A program made the position numbers and the translations under genes. Positions 29,755 to 40,281 of a DNA stretch of 64,000 nucleotides are shown piece by piece (position 1 is the first letter of the stretch; the number at the start of each line of letters is the position of its first letter). The stretch comes from Oceanispirochaeta sp. (GTDB taxonomy: Bacteria > Spirochaetota > Spirochaetia > DSM-2461): contig CAXXXD010000002.1 of the NCBI GenBank assembly GCA_963663385.2, positions 704,001-768,000 of the forward strand. The letters run 5' to 3'. Below the pieces are notes generated by a model that ran no database searches, was not told where the DNA came from, and was given only the letters and a program-made list of their open reading frames with translations.

Positions 29755-29859
29755 ATCATATATTATACCTGAAAATGTTAAAAATATAAGATATTTTTTT
29801 ATAATGTAAATAATATCATAATATATGATTGATTATGTGAAAAAATGTGAATTAATTAT

Positions 29860-29915
29860 TTGACAGGATTAGCAAAGTGTTGTTAAAATAACATTAGATG
29901 TTAAATAAATAACAT
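29860..29915 (+). promoter_or_regulatory. Promoter with TGTTA..TAACA palindromes (putative DeoR operators)
   Basis: TTGACA at 29860, TGTTA-aaa-TAACA at 29881-29893, ATGTTA-N6-TAACAT at 29898-29915. Confidence 0.55.
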
Positions 29916-29940
29916 AAATATTTCAAATCAGGAAGGATAG

Positions 29941-30603
29941 ATGAATAATCTGGAAATAAAAATACCTTATTTAAGAAAAGTCGTTGACGGCGGTATGGAG
30001 ATGGTTAACAGGGGGTTGACCGTTGGGACATGGGGAAATATCAGTGTGCGTGACCCCGAGACAAATCTCTTTTACATTAAGCCCAGCGGAATGGTCTACA
30101 GCGAAATTACTCTGGAAGATGTCGTTGTAATGAACAGTGAGAAAGAAATCGTTTGGGGCCATCGAAAACCTTCAATCGAGTTTGATATGCACATCTCCAT
30201 TATGAATAAACGTGAAGATGTGAACTGTGTAATTCATACACATCCTATCTATTCCAGCGCCTTTGCGGTTGCCATTGAAGAGCTCCCTGGAGTCAGTGAA
30301 GATTTTGTACAGATCGTGGGTGACAAGGTTATCTGCTGTGATTATTCTCTTCCCGGTTCTCCTGAGCTGGCTGTCAATGTTGTTAAAGGTCTTGGTGAAA
30401 GAAATGCAGTTCTGATCCCCAATCATGGTACTGTATGTGTAGGAGTCGATGTCCCCAGTGCTCTGAAAATTTGTCATGTGGTTGAGAAAAATGCTCAGGT
30501 CTATATCCTGGCGAAAACTATAGGTACTCCTCAGGTGATTTCTGATGAGGATATTAAGGCTATGCAGTATTTTGCCAAAAATCTTTATGGACAGGGTAAA
30601 TAA
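29941..30603 (+). CDS. Class II aldolase, L-fuculose-1-phosphate aldolase-like (copy 1)
   Basis: GTWGNIS, KPSG, PSIE..MH (catalytic Glu), IHTHP and NHG Zn ligands. Confidence 0.85.
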   Translation: MNNLEIKIPYLRKVVDGGMEMVNRGLTVGTWGNISVRDPETNLFYIKPSGMVYSEITLEDVVVMNSEKEIVWGHRKPSIEFDMHISIMNKREDVNCVIHTHPIYSSAFAVAIEELPGVSEDFVQIVGDKVICCDYSLPGSPELAVNVVKGLGERNAVLIPNHGTVCVGVDVPSALKICHVVEKNAQVYILAKTIGTPQVISDEDIKAMQYFAKNLYGQGK

Positions 30604-30651
30604 CTAGACAATGTAAAAAAGTGAAAAAGTAATTAAGGAGGATTGTTATTT

Positions 30652-31599
30652 ATGCATTCGATTGAAAAAAATAGAATAATAGCTGTTCTTGAGAGGAACG
30701 GCATTTATATCGGATTTCTTCTGATCTTTATTCTGTTTTCTTTTTCAAGTCCCTATTTCTTTGATCTGAATAACATTAAAAACATTGTGGTTCAGTCATC
30801 TATTGTGGCCATTATCGCCATCGGTATGACAATGGTCATCCTGACAGGAGGAATAGAACTCAGTGTCGGTTCGGTTGTTGCTCTGTCATCCATGGTTTCG
30901 GCTATCTTTATAAGTAAAATGGGGCTTTCTGTAGGCGTCAGTGTTATTATCGGTATTCTGGTCGGTGCGCTGGCAGGGCTGACGAACGGTTTCATCATTA
31001 GTTATGGAAATGTTCCCGCCTTTATCACGACCCTGGGTATAATGGGATTTGCACGGGGGCTGGCTCTTTTTCTGACCGGAGGAAGACCTATCGCCGAGTT
31101 GCCTTTGAGCTATGAGGCTCTTGCCAGTTCAAGTCTTCTGGGAATCCCCGTTTTTATCGTCTATACCGTAATAGCCTACGGCTTGGCCTGGGTTTATCTG
31201 AACCTTTGTAAGGGCGGCCGATACATCTATGCCATCGGCGGTAACCGGGATTCGGCCCGACTTTCGGGAATCAACGTGAAGTTCCACGAAACCATGGCTT
31301 ATGTATTCTGCGGTCTTGCATCGGGTATCGGCGGAGTTCTGCTAACCGCCCGTCTTAACTATGCTACTCCTACAGCCGGTTCCGGCTTTGAGATGGACGC
31401 TATTGCGGCAGCCGTTATCGGAGGAACAAGTCTTGCCGGCGGTCAGGGAAATATCCTGGGAACTCTTCTGGGTGCAATCCTTATCGGGATGCTGAAGAAC
31501 GGCCTTACCCTGATGAATGTTTCTTCCTATCTGCAGCAGATGATTATCGGAGTTGTTATCGTATTAGCCGTATTCTTTGACAGATTTAAATCAAAATAA
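30652..31599 (+). CDS. Sugar ABC transporter permease (RbsC-like)
   Basis: GGIELSVGS, VPAFITTLG, GRYIYAIGGN, EMDAIAAAVIGGTSL. Confidence 0.93.
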   Translation: MHSIEKNRIIAVLERNGIYIGFLLIFILFSFSSPYFFDLNNIKNIVVQSSIVAIIAIGMTMVILTGGIELSVGSVVALSSMVSAIFISKMGLSVGVSVIIGILVGALAGLTNGFIISYGNVPAFITTLGIMGFARGLALFLTGGRPIAELPLSYEALASSSLLGIPVFIVYTVIAYGLAWVYLNLCKGGRYIYAIGGNRDSARLSGINVKFHETMAYVFCGLASGIGGVLLTARLNYATPTAGSGFEMDAIAAAVIGGTSLAGGQGNILGTLLGAILIGMLKNGLTLMNVSSYLQQMIIGVVIVLAVFFDRFKSK

Positions 31600-31643
31600 A
31601 TATCTACCTGGGGTAGGTGTTTAAAATATTAAAGGAGTCTTTT

Positions 31644-32609
31644 ATGAAAAAGTCAGTATTGTTTGTGTTGATTCTCTTGATGGCCGCTTCTTTCTCGTTT
31701 GCCAATGGGCAGCAGGCTGGATCGGATGAAAAGGTAATTGGTTTTATCCCCATGACCATGAATAATGAGTATTTTATTACCATGGTTAACGCAGCTGAAA
31801 AGGAGGCTGCAAAGCTGGGAGCTTCCTTGAGCGTTCAGGCCGGAGATTCGCACAGTTCTGCAGATGCACAGCTTATGATTATTGAGAATATGATTCAGCG
31901 TCATGTAGATGCCATCTGTATCGTTCCCAGCTCTTCAAGTTCCGTTATTGTTGCCTTGAAGAAAGCTGAAGCTGCCGGTATCCCCGTCATAAATATCGAT
32001 ACAAGAATCAATGAAGAGATGGTCAAGAACGCCGGTCTCAAGCCCGTACCCTTTATCGGAACTGATAACTACAGCGGTGCGGCTATGGGGGCCGACTATG
32101 CCATGAAGAATCTAGGAATCGAAGGTTCCAAGGTTGCTATCCTGACAGGAATCAGCGGTCAGCAGAATGCAGCCGACAGAAGAAACGGATTTGTAGATAA
32201 TGTTAAAGGTATCGATATCGTTGCCGAGCAGACCGCTAACTGGGAAGTAGAGCAGGGATATAATGTTCTTCAGAACATTCTGCAGGCCAATCCCGATATC
32301 ACTTTTGTATCCTGTGGTAACGACGGAATGGCCCTTGGTGCAGCCCAGGCTGTTAAAGAAGCCGGAAAGGCCGATTCTGTTAAGGTTTTCGGATTTGATG
32401 CTGTTTCCGCAGCTCTCGATGCCATTGAAGAGGGTGCTCTGGTAGGTACTGTAGCCCAGTTTCCTGCTGAAATGGGAATCCTCGGTGTACAGACCGCTAT
32501 GAAGCTAATCGCCGGCGAGTCTGTTGAGATGACTACCTACACAAAAACGGAAGTTATCGATAAGAGCAACGTTGCCGAGTTCAAAGATTATCTGAAACAG
32601 TTCAATTAA
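31644..32609 (+). CDS. Sugar ABC transporter substrate-binding protein (RbsB/AlsB-like)
   Basis: Signal peptide, NNEYF, FIGTDN, DRRNGF, QTANW, NDGMALG, GFD, AQFP. Confidence 0.9.
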   Translation: MKKSVLFVLILLMAASFSFANGQQAGSDEKVIGFIPMTMNNEYFITMVNAAEKEAAKLGASLSVQAGDSHSSADAQLMIIENMIQRHVDAICIVPSSSSSVIVALKKAEAAGIPVINIDTRINEEMVKNAGLKPVPFIGTDNYSGAAMGADYAMKNLGIEGSKVAILTGISGQQNAADRRNGFVDNVKGIDIVAEQTANWEVEQGYNVLQNILQANPDITFVSCGNDGMALGAAQAVKEAGKADSVKVFGFDAVSAALDAIEEGALVGTVAQFPAEMGILGVQTAMKLIAGESVEMTTYTKTEVIDKSNVAEFKDYLKQFN

Positions 32610-32620
32610 AAAACAATAAA

Positions 32621-32650
32621 GGGAGGTTTTATCTTAGGATAAAACCTCTT
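32621..32650 (+). terminator. Intra-operon stem-loop after the binding-protein gene
   Basis: gaggttttatc...gataaaacctc. Confidence 0.5.
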
Positions 32651-32677
32651 TATCAAAACAATAATAAAGGAAAGATC

Positions 32678-34180
32678 ATGACTTTACTGGAAATGAGCAG
32701 CATCTCAAAAGAATTTCCCGGGGTAAAAGCCCTTGAAAATGTTGATTTTTCGATCGAAAAAGGGGAAGTGAGAATCCTTATTGGCGAGAATGGTGCTGGA
32801 AAGTCAACGCTGATGAAAATCCTTGCAGGTGTTTACAAACCCGATAAGGGTTCGATCATTGTCGATGGAGAGGATGTTCTTGAAGAGAACTATACTCCCC
32901 GAAAGGCAATCGAAACCGGTGTCGCTACTATCTATCAGGAACTCAATTTAAATAACTATACAAGTATCTACGAGAATATCTTTTCAGGTAAGGAACTTAC
33001 CAGGAATAGACTATTCATAAATAAGAGTGAAGAAATCAAGAAGTGCAAAACGCTGCTTCAAAAAGTCGGACTTGATATTTCTCCCATGGAGAAAGTCGGA
33101 AACCTGAGCATCGCACAGATGCAGATGATTGAAATTGCAAAAGCCCTTGCGTTTAACGCCAAGATAATTATATTTGATGAACCTACATCCTCGTTGACCG
33201 AAACTGAAACCAGAACCCTGTTCAAGATTATCAATGAACTGAAAGAAAACGGAATCGGTATTGTCTATATATCCCATCGTCTGGAAGAGCTGTTTGAAAT
33301 AGGGGATTCCTGTACGGTTCTCCGCGACGGTACTCTGATAGATACAAAGCCTGTGGCTGAGCTGACCGTTGAGACACTTATACAGATGATGGTGGGCCGA
33401 TGTGTGGACTCTGATGATGTTCATAGCAGCCACTTCAGCAATGAAGTCGTTCTGGAGATTAAAAACCTGTCCTGGGACGAGAAGCTCCACGATATCAGTT
33501 TTCAGTTGAGGAAAGGGGAGTGTCTTGCCTTCTCCGGCCTTGTCGGTTCGGGCAGGACGGAACTGGCTAAATGTATTATCGGGGAATATAAGCGTGACTC
33601 CGGTGAAATCATAATGAATGGCAAGACTCTTAATAATAAATCTGTTCAGGAATCGGTAAAGAACAAGATCGTTTACCTCAGCGAGGACAGAAAAAAAGAC
33701 GGACTTTTCCTGAAACACTCTGTTTGTAGGAACATAAGCATCTCTTCGCTGGACAGGCTGATCAAGGGCGGTCTGATCTCTTTAAAGAAGGAGAAGGAAA
33801 CCGCTTTAAAATCTATCAAAGAACTAACTGTCAAAACACCGAACAGCAAGGTAAACGCCGAGACTCTCAGCGGAGGTAATCAGCAAAAAGTTATCATAGC
33901 CAAATGGCTGTTAACCGATGGCGAGGTCTATATTTTTGACGAGCCCACCAGAGGAATTGATGTGGGTGCAAAATTTGAAATCTATAATGTAATGGAAGAA
34001 CTACTTCAAAACGGCGCCTCAATTATCATGATATCATCAGATATGCCGGAGGTATTGAATATGTCCGACCGTGTCCTTGTCATGCGGGAGGGATATTGCG
34101 AGGCTATTCTTGAGAACAACGGATTATGTCAGGAAGATATATTTCACTATGCAATAGGAGCAAACAAGTACAATGGATAA
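32678..34180 (+). CDS. Sugar ABC transporter ATP-binding protein (RbsA-like, two NBDs)
   Basis: GENGAGKSTL, DEPTSSL, LSGGNQQK, DEPTRGIDVG. Confidence 0.95.
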   Translation: MTLLEMSSISKEFPGVKALENVDFSIEKGEVRILIGENGAGKSTLMKILAGVYKPDKGSIIVDGEDVLEENYTPRKAIETGVATIYQELNLNNYTSIYENIFSGKELTRNRLFINKSEEIKKCKTLLQKVGLDISPMEKVGNLSIAQMQMIEIAKALAFNAKIIIFDEPTSSLTETETRTLFKIINELKENGIGIVYISHRLEELFEIGDSCTVLRDGTLIDTKPVAELTVETLIQMMVGRCVDSDDVHSSHFSNEVVLEIKNLSWDEKLHDISFQLRKGECLAFSGLVGSGRTELAKCIIGEYKRDSGEIIMNGKTLNNKSVQESVKNKIVYLSEDRKKDGLFLKHSVCRNISISSLDRLIKGGLISLKKEKETALKSIKELTVKTPNSKVNAETLSGGNQQKVIIAKWLLTDGEVYIFDEPTRGIDVGAKFEIYNVMEELLQNGASIIMISSDMPEVLNMSDRVLVMREGYCEAILENNGLCQEDIFHYAIGANKYNG

Positions 34181-35579
34181 CAAAAAAACGTATCATGTTG
34201 CCTTCGACTGCGGAAATTCATCCTTTCGTGTCCTCCTCGGTACATTTGAAAACGATAATCTGGTAGTTGATGTTATCGATCAGATCTCCAATGATCCCAT
34301 CAGAGTCAATGAGTACCTCTACTGGGATATCCTTAGAATCTTCGACGGGTTAAAGAAAGGATTGAAAAAAGCCTACGATAAAGTCGGCCGTATTGATACT
34401 GTAGGTATTACAACATGGGGTATCGACTTCGGAATCTTCTCAGAAAATGATCTCCTTATGAGCAATCCGCTCTGCTATCGAAATACTCTTGGTGTTGATT
34501 CATTTAATAACCATTCAGAAGAACAAAAGCATGAAAACTGGGATAATACGGGTATCCAGAATCATCCTATGAACTCACTCTATCAGATGGAAGGTATTCG
34601 AAAAAATATGCCGGAGGTATGGGATCAGGCCGACTCCATTCTGTTTATTCCTGATTTGCTGAACTATCTTTTTACAGGCAATAAATCAACTGAACGGACA
34701 ATCGCCAGTACCTCCCAGCTTTTTGATGTCAGAGAAAATGCCTATTCAGAGAAAATGCTTGAAAAGTACAATCTGTCAGCAGATTTACTCCCCAAGATAA
34801 TGGATCATGGTGAGCCCGTCGGCCTGCTGAAAGAAGAAATTTGCACCGAGCTGAATATTCCGGATCGCATACCATTTATCTGTACTCCCAGTCACGATAC
34901 GGCTTCAGCAGTGGTTGCAGTTCCCGGACCTGAAAATCAGTTGTTTCTAAGCTCCGGTACCTGGTCTCTTATTGGGGTAGAGTTGGATAGTCCTGTAATC
35001 ACTGAAGAATCATATAAAAGTGGTTTTACTAATGAAGCCGGGGCTTTTAATTCGATTACGTACTTAAAAAATGCAACCGGCTTATACTTGCTGCAGCAGA
35101 TCAAGAAGAATCTGGAAAAAAAATCCTATAATCTCAGTTGGGAAGATATGATGAATCTTGCTTTCGAGAATGAAGGCGAAGCCGTGGTTTATGATACAAA
35201 CGCGGAAATACTTTTCAGCGCAGATGATGTTGTGGGAGAAATCAGCAAGTTAATTGACTCGTCAAAACCGGAAGTTATCTTATCCAGTACCTATAAATCT
35301 CTTGCAGAATGTTACAGAGTCAATATTGAAAAGATATTCAATGTTACAGGGAAAAAGTTGTCTACCTTGTATATTATAGGGGGAGGCAGCCGGGACCGTT
35401 ATTTAAGCCAGCTGACGGCAAATGCAACTGGATTAAAAGTAATAGCAGGCCCGATTGAAGCTGCTTCCATCGGTAATATATGTATACAGAAGTGCTTCAC
35501 CAATAAGGACTGGACCATGGAAAAAATAAGGACTGTTGTCAAAAACTCCTTTGAATTGACCGAATATAAACCGTTATAA
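34173..35579 (+). CDS. FGGY carbohydrate kinase, rhamnulokinase-like (copy 1)
   Basis: AFDCGNSS, TWGIDFG, IPDLLNY, SHDTASAV, SSGTWSLIG, FTNE, GGGS, AGPIEA..IGN. Confidence 0.9.
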   Translation: MDNKKTYHVAFDCGNSSFRVLLGTFENDNLVVDVIDQISNDPIRVNEYLYWDILRIFDGLKKGLKKAYDKVGRIDTVGITTWGIDFGIFSENDLLMSNPLCYRNTLGVDSFNNHSEEQKHENWDNTGIQNHPMNSLYQMEGIRKNMPEVWDQADSILFIPDLLNYLFTGNKSTERTIASTSQLFDVRENAYSEKMLEKYNLSADLLPKIMDHGEPVGLLKEEICTELNIPDRIPFICTPSHDTASAVVAVPGPENQLFLSSGTWSLIGVELDSPVITEESYKSGFTNEAGAFNSITYLKNATGLYLLQQIKKNLEKKSYNLSWEDMMNLAFENEGEAVVYDTNAEILFSADDVVGEISKLIDSSKPEVILSSTYKSLAECYRVNIEKIFNVTGKKLSTLYIIGGGSRDRYLSQLTANATGLKVIAGPIEAASIGNICIQKCFTNKDWTMEKIRTVVKNSFELTEYKPL

Positions 35580-35613
35580 CTTTTTTCATAATATAATTAA
35601 ATATTCCTTATTT

Positions 35614-35641
35614 CTGCTTCCCGGTTTGGGAGGCAGTTTTT
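35614..35641 (+). terminator. Rho-independent terminator
   Basis: ctgcttccc-ggttt-gggaggcag followed by ttttt. Confidence 0.75.
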
Positions 35642-35784
35642 ATAAATTGTCTATCATTGAATTTTCTTAAGTGTATTAACCTGTCAATTTCCATTGTATT
35701 CGCCGGTAATATCTTTAAGATCTGATTATTGAAAAAATATCGGGTTGGGGGTAATCACTTTATTCCGTATTTTGCCAATACACT

Positions 35785-35889
35785 TTAGGGGGGAGAGCAA
35801 GTGCAGCTCCAGCGCAGTCCCCAATACCATGCCATTCCTGTATTTATCAGATAAGAGGGGTGAGTAGAACCGCTTTATCCACGGCATCC
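35785..35889 (-). pseudogene. 3'-terminal remnant of a paralogue of the 49728-50315 gene
   Basis: Minus strand reads MPWIKRFYSPLLSDKYRNGMVLGTALELHLL vs MPGIKLFYSPLLSDEYRDGMVLGTALELHML. Confidence 0.8.
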
Positions 35890-36028
35890 CGAATCTGCTG
35901 TAATAGCCCTTCCTGGTTCTGAAATCAGTTTTTTCTCAGCCCTGGTACTTGGTCGCTCATCGGTATGGAGCTGGATGAGCCAATTTTTAATGGATGTATG
36001 TTTTCCTCCATACCGAATTTATTTAATA

Positions 36029-36805
36029 TCATACTATTTTCAGTTCAATTCCGGATGATCGGATCTCGTCAGCAATCTCTTCTGAAATTCCTGTATCTGT
36101 TATTATAACATCAAAATCCTTGATATCAGCAAAATATAAGCTCTGAACTTTGTTGAATTTAGAGGAATCCAGTAGTAATACCCGTGTAAAGGCCGAATTT
36201 AATGCAGACCTTTTCAAGTCTCTTTCAAACTCGGCAGAGCAGGTTGCTCCCAGTCGCAGATTCATTCCGCTTGCCGAAAGGAAGGCTTTATTCACCCTTG
36301 TATTTTTGATCAGTTCAATGCCTTCCCGGCTTTCAAACATCATGGAACTTTTATGATACCGGCCACCAGGCAGTGTAACACAGGGTATATCTTTTGCCAG
36401 AATGATATTCAGTATGTTCAGGCTGAAACAGACTACTTTGATTTTTTGATAATCGGGTAGATTCTTTGCAAGAAATTCGGTGGTAGAACCGGCATCAATA
36501 AGAATCTGATCATCAGGCTCAATCATTCTAATTGCTTCCTGGGCAATACGTTGTTTTTCTATTTTAGATTCTGTTGAAGCCGAGATAACTGAGTATTGGG
36601 AACTGTCATCCATCTCTTTCGGCGGGTTGTAGAGAAACATACCGCGAATCATCTGAATATCCGGATCCTTCACTATTTCATCGATATCCCTTCTGATAGT
36701 CATAATTGAAACATTGAGAATCTCTGCCAGCTGCCTGATGGATAGAGACTGCGATTCCTTGATCAATTCTGTTGTCCTGTTCACCCGCTCCTGTTTGATA
36801 CCCAT
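36029..36805 (-). CDS. DeoR/GlpR family regulator (copy 2)
   Basis: VSIMTIRRDI HTH, LIDAGST, DSSKF. Paralogue of 28990-29754. Confidence 0.93.
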   Translation of the reverse strand: MGIKQERVNRTTELIKESQSLSIRQLAEILNVSIMTIRRDIDEIVKDPDIQMIRGMFLYNPPKEMDDSSQYSVISASTESKIEKQRIAQEAIRMIEPDDQILIDAGSTTEFLAKNLPDYQKIKVVCFSLNILNIILAKDIPCVTLPGGRYHKSSMMFESREGIELIKNTRVNKAFLSASGMNLRLGATCSAEFERDLKRSALNSAFTRVLLLDSSKFNKVQSLYFADIKDFDVIITDTGISEEIADEIRSSGIELKIV

Positions 36806-36877
36806 ATGATCCTCACTTTTTTAATGTCATTAGGATACTGTTATTTCCCGTTCGTCCGCAATATCTGAAAAATAAAT

Positions 36878-36936
36878 TTGACAGGAAATATCAGCAATGT
36901 TACCATAGTAACACATAAATGATATTAAAGTAACAT
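36878..36936 (+). promoter_or_regulatory. Promoter with TGTTA..TAACA palindromes (putative DeoR operators)
   Basis: TTGACA at 36878, TGTTAC-cata-GTAACA at 36898-36913, ATGATA-N6-TAACAT at 36919-36936. Confidence 0.55.
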
Positions 36937-36954
36937 TGTTTAGGAGATGATAAT

Positions 36955-37611
36955 TTGCAAAATAGTAAAAACTCTTTTAAACAGGCCATTGTTGACGGCG
37001 GTATGGATCTATTCACCCAGGGGCTGACAGTCGGAACCTGGGGAAACCTCAGCATCAGGGATCCGGAAACAGGATTGATCTATATTAAACCGAGCGCTAT
37101 GCCATACCCGGATATCACGGCCGATGATGTTGTTGTTATGAACAGTCAGTTTGTGGTTGTGGAAGGGCACAGAAAACCTTCCATTGAGTACAACTTTCAT
37201 ATTTCCATTATGAATGAAAGACCTGATGTGAATGCTGTAATTCACACCCATCCCATCTATTCCAGTGTATTTGGCGTATTGAATGAAGACCTTCCCGGAA
37301 TCAGTGAAGATTTTGTTCAGATTGTGGGAGACAAAATCATAAATTGTGACTATGCCCTGCCCGGTACGCCTGAACTGGCTGTAAATGTCGTCAAGGCACT
37401 GGGTGACCGGAATGCCGTGATGATCCCCAATCATGGGACGATTTGCGTAGGAGGGGACTTCAAGGCTGCCATGAAAATAATATTTGTGGTTGAGAAATCA
37501 GCGCAGATATATATCATGGCCCGTTCAATAGGGACGCCGAAGCTGATTTCGGAGGAAGATATCCTGGCTATGCAGGATTTTGCCAGAAACCATTACGGTC
37601 AGGATAAATAA
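36955..37611 (+). CDS. Class II aldolase, L-fuculose-1-phosphate aldolase-like (copy 2)
   Basis: GTWGNLS, PSIEYNFH, IHTHP, NHG. Colinear with 29941-30603. TTG start after aggaga. Confidence 0.85.
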   Translation: MQNSKNSFKQAIVDGGMDLFTQGLTVGTWGNLSIRDPETGLIYIKPSAMPYPDITADDVVVMNSQFVVVEGHRKPSIEYNFHISIMNERPDVNAVIHTHPIYSSVFGVLNEDLPGISEDFVQIVGDKIINCDYALPGTPELAVNVVKALGDRNAVMIPNHGTICVGGDFKAAMKIIFVVEKSAQIYIMARSIGTPKLISEEDILAMQDFARNHYGQDK

Positions 37612-37681
37612 ACTGTATTTTATTTTCGATCCCCGGATCGGGAATTTAATGATATTATTATAAAGAAGGAGAGTTGTAGAG

Positions 37682-38680
37682 ATGAAATGTTTTTTGAAAA
37701 ATGTGCTCATCGGATTGTTCTGTTTTCTACTCGTTTCTCCGGTTTTGTTTGCTGCAGGTCAGCAGGAAACCGCAGATGACAGGCTGGAAATCGCAACTGT
37801 TGTCAAGATCACCGGTATTCCCTGGTTCAACCGGATGGAAGAGGGGGTAAAGCAGGCAAAGAGTGAACTGGGTATTGATTCCTACCAGATCGGCCCGTCT
37901 GATGCAGATCCTGCCCAGCAGGTTCGAATGGTGGAAGACCTGATCAACAAAGGTGTCGATGCCATCTGTATCACCCCCAACGATGCCCATGCTCTTGAAC
38001 CGGCCTTTTTGAAGGCAGAGATGAAAGGAATCAAGATCATTACCCATGAATCTCCCGATCAGAATGGTAAAGATTATGATGTGGAGCTCATTGATAATGT
38101 CAAATTCGGACGCCATTTCTGGGATATGCTGGTTCAGTATATGGGTGATTCCGGTCAGTATGCTATTTTTGTCGGTGGACTGACAGTACCCCTTCACAAC
38201 CTGTGGGCTGATGAAGGCTTGAAATATGCAGCAGAGAAATACCCTAATCTTGAGCTTGTTGTCGAAAGAATCCCCTGTGGTGAGGATCAGGAACTGGCAA
38301 AACAGACTACTCTTGAACTTATCAAGACCTATCCCGACCTTAAAGGAATCATCGGTTTCGGCAGTCTGGGCCCTCCCGGTGCTGCTCAGGCGCTGAAGGA
38401 AAAAGGTCTGGCAGGCAAAGTAACAGTTGTCGGTACAGTGCTTCCTGATCATGCGGCTCCCTATCTGAAAGAGGGCTCCATGCAGCATGGTATCCTGTGG
38501 GATCCCAAAGACGCCGGATTTGCCATGTCCTGGATTGCCAAGCAGGTTGTCGAAGGAAAAACCATTGAATCCGGAATGGAAATCCCCGGACTGGGTAAAG
38601 TGGAAGTCGATGGTGATGTTATCAAGGTTGATGCTGTTATAGATATTACAAAAGATAATGTAGGCAGCTTTGGTTTCTGA
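37682..38680 (+). CDS. Sugar ABC substrate-binding protein (LsrB/AI-2/rhamnose-binding-like subfamily)
   Basis: VVKITGIPWF, GPSDADPAQQ, ITHE, LWDPKDAG motifs. Signal peptide. Confidence 0.8.
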   Translation: MKCFLKNVLIGLFCFLLVSPVLFAAGQQETADDRLEIATVVKITGIPWFNRMEEGVKQAKSELGIDSYQIGPSDADPAQQVRMVEDLINKGVDAICITPNDAHALEPAFLKAEMKGIKIITHESPDQNGKDYDVELIDNVKFGRHFWDMLVQYMGDSGQYAIFVGGLTVPLHNLWADEGLKYAAEKYPNLELVVERIPCGEDQELAKQTTLELIKTYPDLKGIIGFGSLGPPGAAQALKEKGLAGKVTVVGTVLPDHAAPYLKEGSMQHGILWDPKDAGFAMSWIAKQVVEGKTIESGMEIPGLGKVEVDGDVIKVDAVIDITKDNVGSFGF

Positions 38681-38708
38681 TAGTTACTGATATTTAATAA
38701 AAAAAATA

Positions 38709-38733
38709 CCCCTGCAGGGAAATACTGCAGGGG
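38709..38733 (+). terminator. Intra-operon stem-loop
   Basis: cccctgcag-ggaaata-ctgcagggg. Confidence 0.5.
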
Positions 38734-38774
38734 ATCTATAAAAGTTAAACCAAAAATCTATGAGGTAGTGAAAT

Positions 38775-40271
38775 ATGTCCTCTGCTTTTCTTAAAATGAA
38801 GAATATCAGTAAGAGATACGCTGGTGTACAGGCATTAGACAATGTTAACCTGGAAATACAGGCGGGCGAAGCCCACTGTCTGGCAGGTATTAACGGATCG
38901 GGTAAATCTACCCTGATTAAAATTATATCCGGTGTGGAAGTTCCGGATGAGGGATCTGAAATCTACATTAATGGAAACAGAAGTATTAATCGGACTTCAA
39001 TTGATTCAATACATCAGGGTATTGAAGTTATCTATCAGGATCTCTCCCTTTTTCCCAATTTAACGGTAGCCGAGAATATTGGAATAAGCCGTATGATTTC
39101 CGGCAATAGAAAATTCCTGAATAAAAAAGAGTATATAGATATTGCCCGCAAGGCAATGGACCGCATCAATATAAAACTCCCCCTGGACAGCAAGGTCGAA
39201 TCTCTGTCCATAGCTGATCAGCAGCTGGTGGCAATCTGCAGAGCTTTGACGGGAGAGCTTAAACTGCTCATTATGGATGAACCCACAACCGCTCTGACCA
39301 AGAAAGAGGTTGATGCCCTGTTAAGAGTTGCCATAGATCTTAAAAAAAAGGGGATTGCCATAATATTTGTCAGCCATAAACTGAACGAAGTAATGGATGT
39401 CGCCGAAAAGGTGACAGTATTAAGAGACGGTGTTGAGATTGGCTGCTATCCTGCTTCCGAGCTCAATAGCGACAAGATTGAGTTCCTCATGACAGGAGGC
39501 AACTTCAAATACTCCAAAAACGAGGAAGCCTTTTCGGCAGATTCCCCCCTGCTGGAAGTGGAATCCCTGTCCAGAAAAGATAACTACAAGGATATCTCCT
39601 TTATCCTTCATCCCGGAGAAATCCTCGGAATCACCGGCCTGCTCGGTTCCGGGCGCACGGAACTGGCCATGTCTCTCTTTGGTATGAATCCCTATGATGA
39701 AGGGCGGATCAGACTGAAAGGCAAAGACATTAATTTCAGGACTATCGAAGAAGCAGTTGCCAATGGCGTGGCCTATGTTCCGGAAAACAGACTGGTTCAG
39801 GGGCTGGTTATGGAACAGTCTGTTTCCAGCAATACGGTTGTTACCATTATCGACAGGCTGCTGAAAAGCACAAAAACCATCGACCATGATAAAAAAGAGA
39901 AAATCGTGGCGGACCTGGTAAAAGATTTTAATATCAAGATACCTTCTGTTGATGCCCCGGTTTCCACATTATCCGGAGGAAATCAGCAAAAAGTGGTTCT
40001 GGCAAAATGGATTGCCACGGAGCCGGATCTGTTAATACTGGACGGGCCGACCGTCGGGGTCGATGTCGCAGCCAAAGGCAGTATACACGATGCAATCAAG
40101 GCGCTGGCAAAGCAGGGGCTGGGAGTTATCATCATTTCTGATGAAGTGGCGGAAGTTGTCAATAGCTGCCATCGCGTGCTTGTCATGAACAGGGGACGTA
40201 TCGTCTCTGAATTTTCTACAAAAGATTCTCAGGAAGAAGATATTCTGAAATGCATTGAAATGTCTGAATAA
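38775..40271 (+). CDS. Sugar ABC transporter ATP-binding protein
   Basis: GINGSGKSTL, MDEPTTAL, LSGGNQQK, DGPTVGVDV. Confidence 0.95.
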   Translation: MSSAFLKMKNISKRYAGVQALDNVNLEIQAGEAHCLAGINGSGKSTLIKIISGVEVPDEGSEIYINGNRSINRTSIDSIHQGIEVIYQDLSLFPNLTVAENIGISRMISGNRKFLNKKEYIDIARKAMDRINIKLPLDSKVESLSIADQQLVAICRALTGELKLLIMDEPTTALTKKEVDALLRVAIDLKKKGIAIIFVSHKLNEVMDVAEKVTVLRDGVEIGCYPASELNSDKIEFLMTGGNFKYSKNEEAFSADSPLLEVESLSRKDNYKDISFILHPGEILGITGLLGSGRTELAMSLFGMNPYDEGRIRLKGKDINFRTIEEAVANGVAYVPENRLVQGLVMEQSVSSNTVVTIIDRLLKSTKTIDHDKKEKIVADLVKDFNIKIPSVDAPVSTLSGGNQQKVVLAKWIATEPDLLILDGPTVGVDVAAKGSIHDAIKALAKQGLGVIIISDEVAEVVNSCHRVLVMNRGRIVSEFSTKDSQEEDILKCIEMSE

Positions 40272-40281
40272 GGGTAATTGT

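Noticed and set aside
29941..37611. Calling the class II aldolase-fold genes araD (ribulose-5-phosphate 4-epimerase)
   Set aside because: They carry PSIE (Glu, FucA-type) rather than the PSSD motif typical of AraD. The exact substrate is unproven, so no gene symbol is given.
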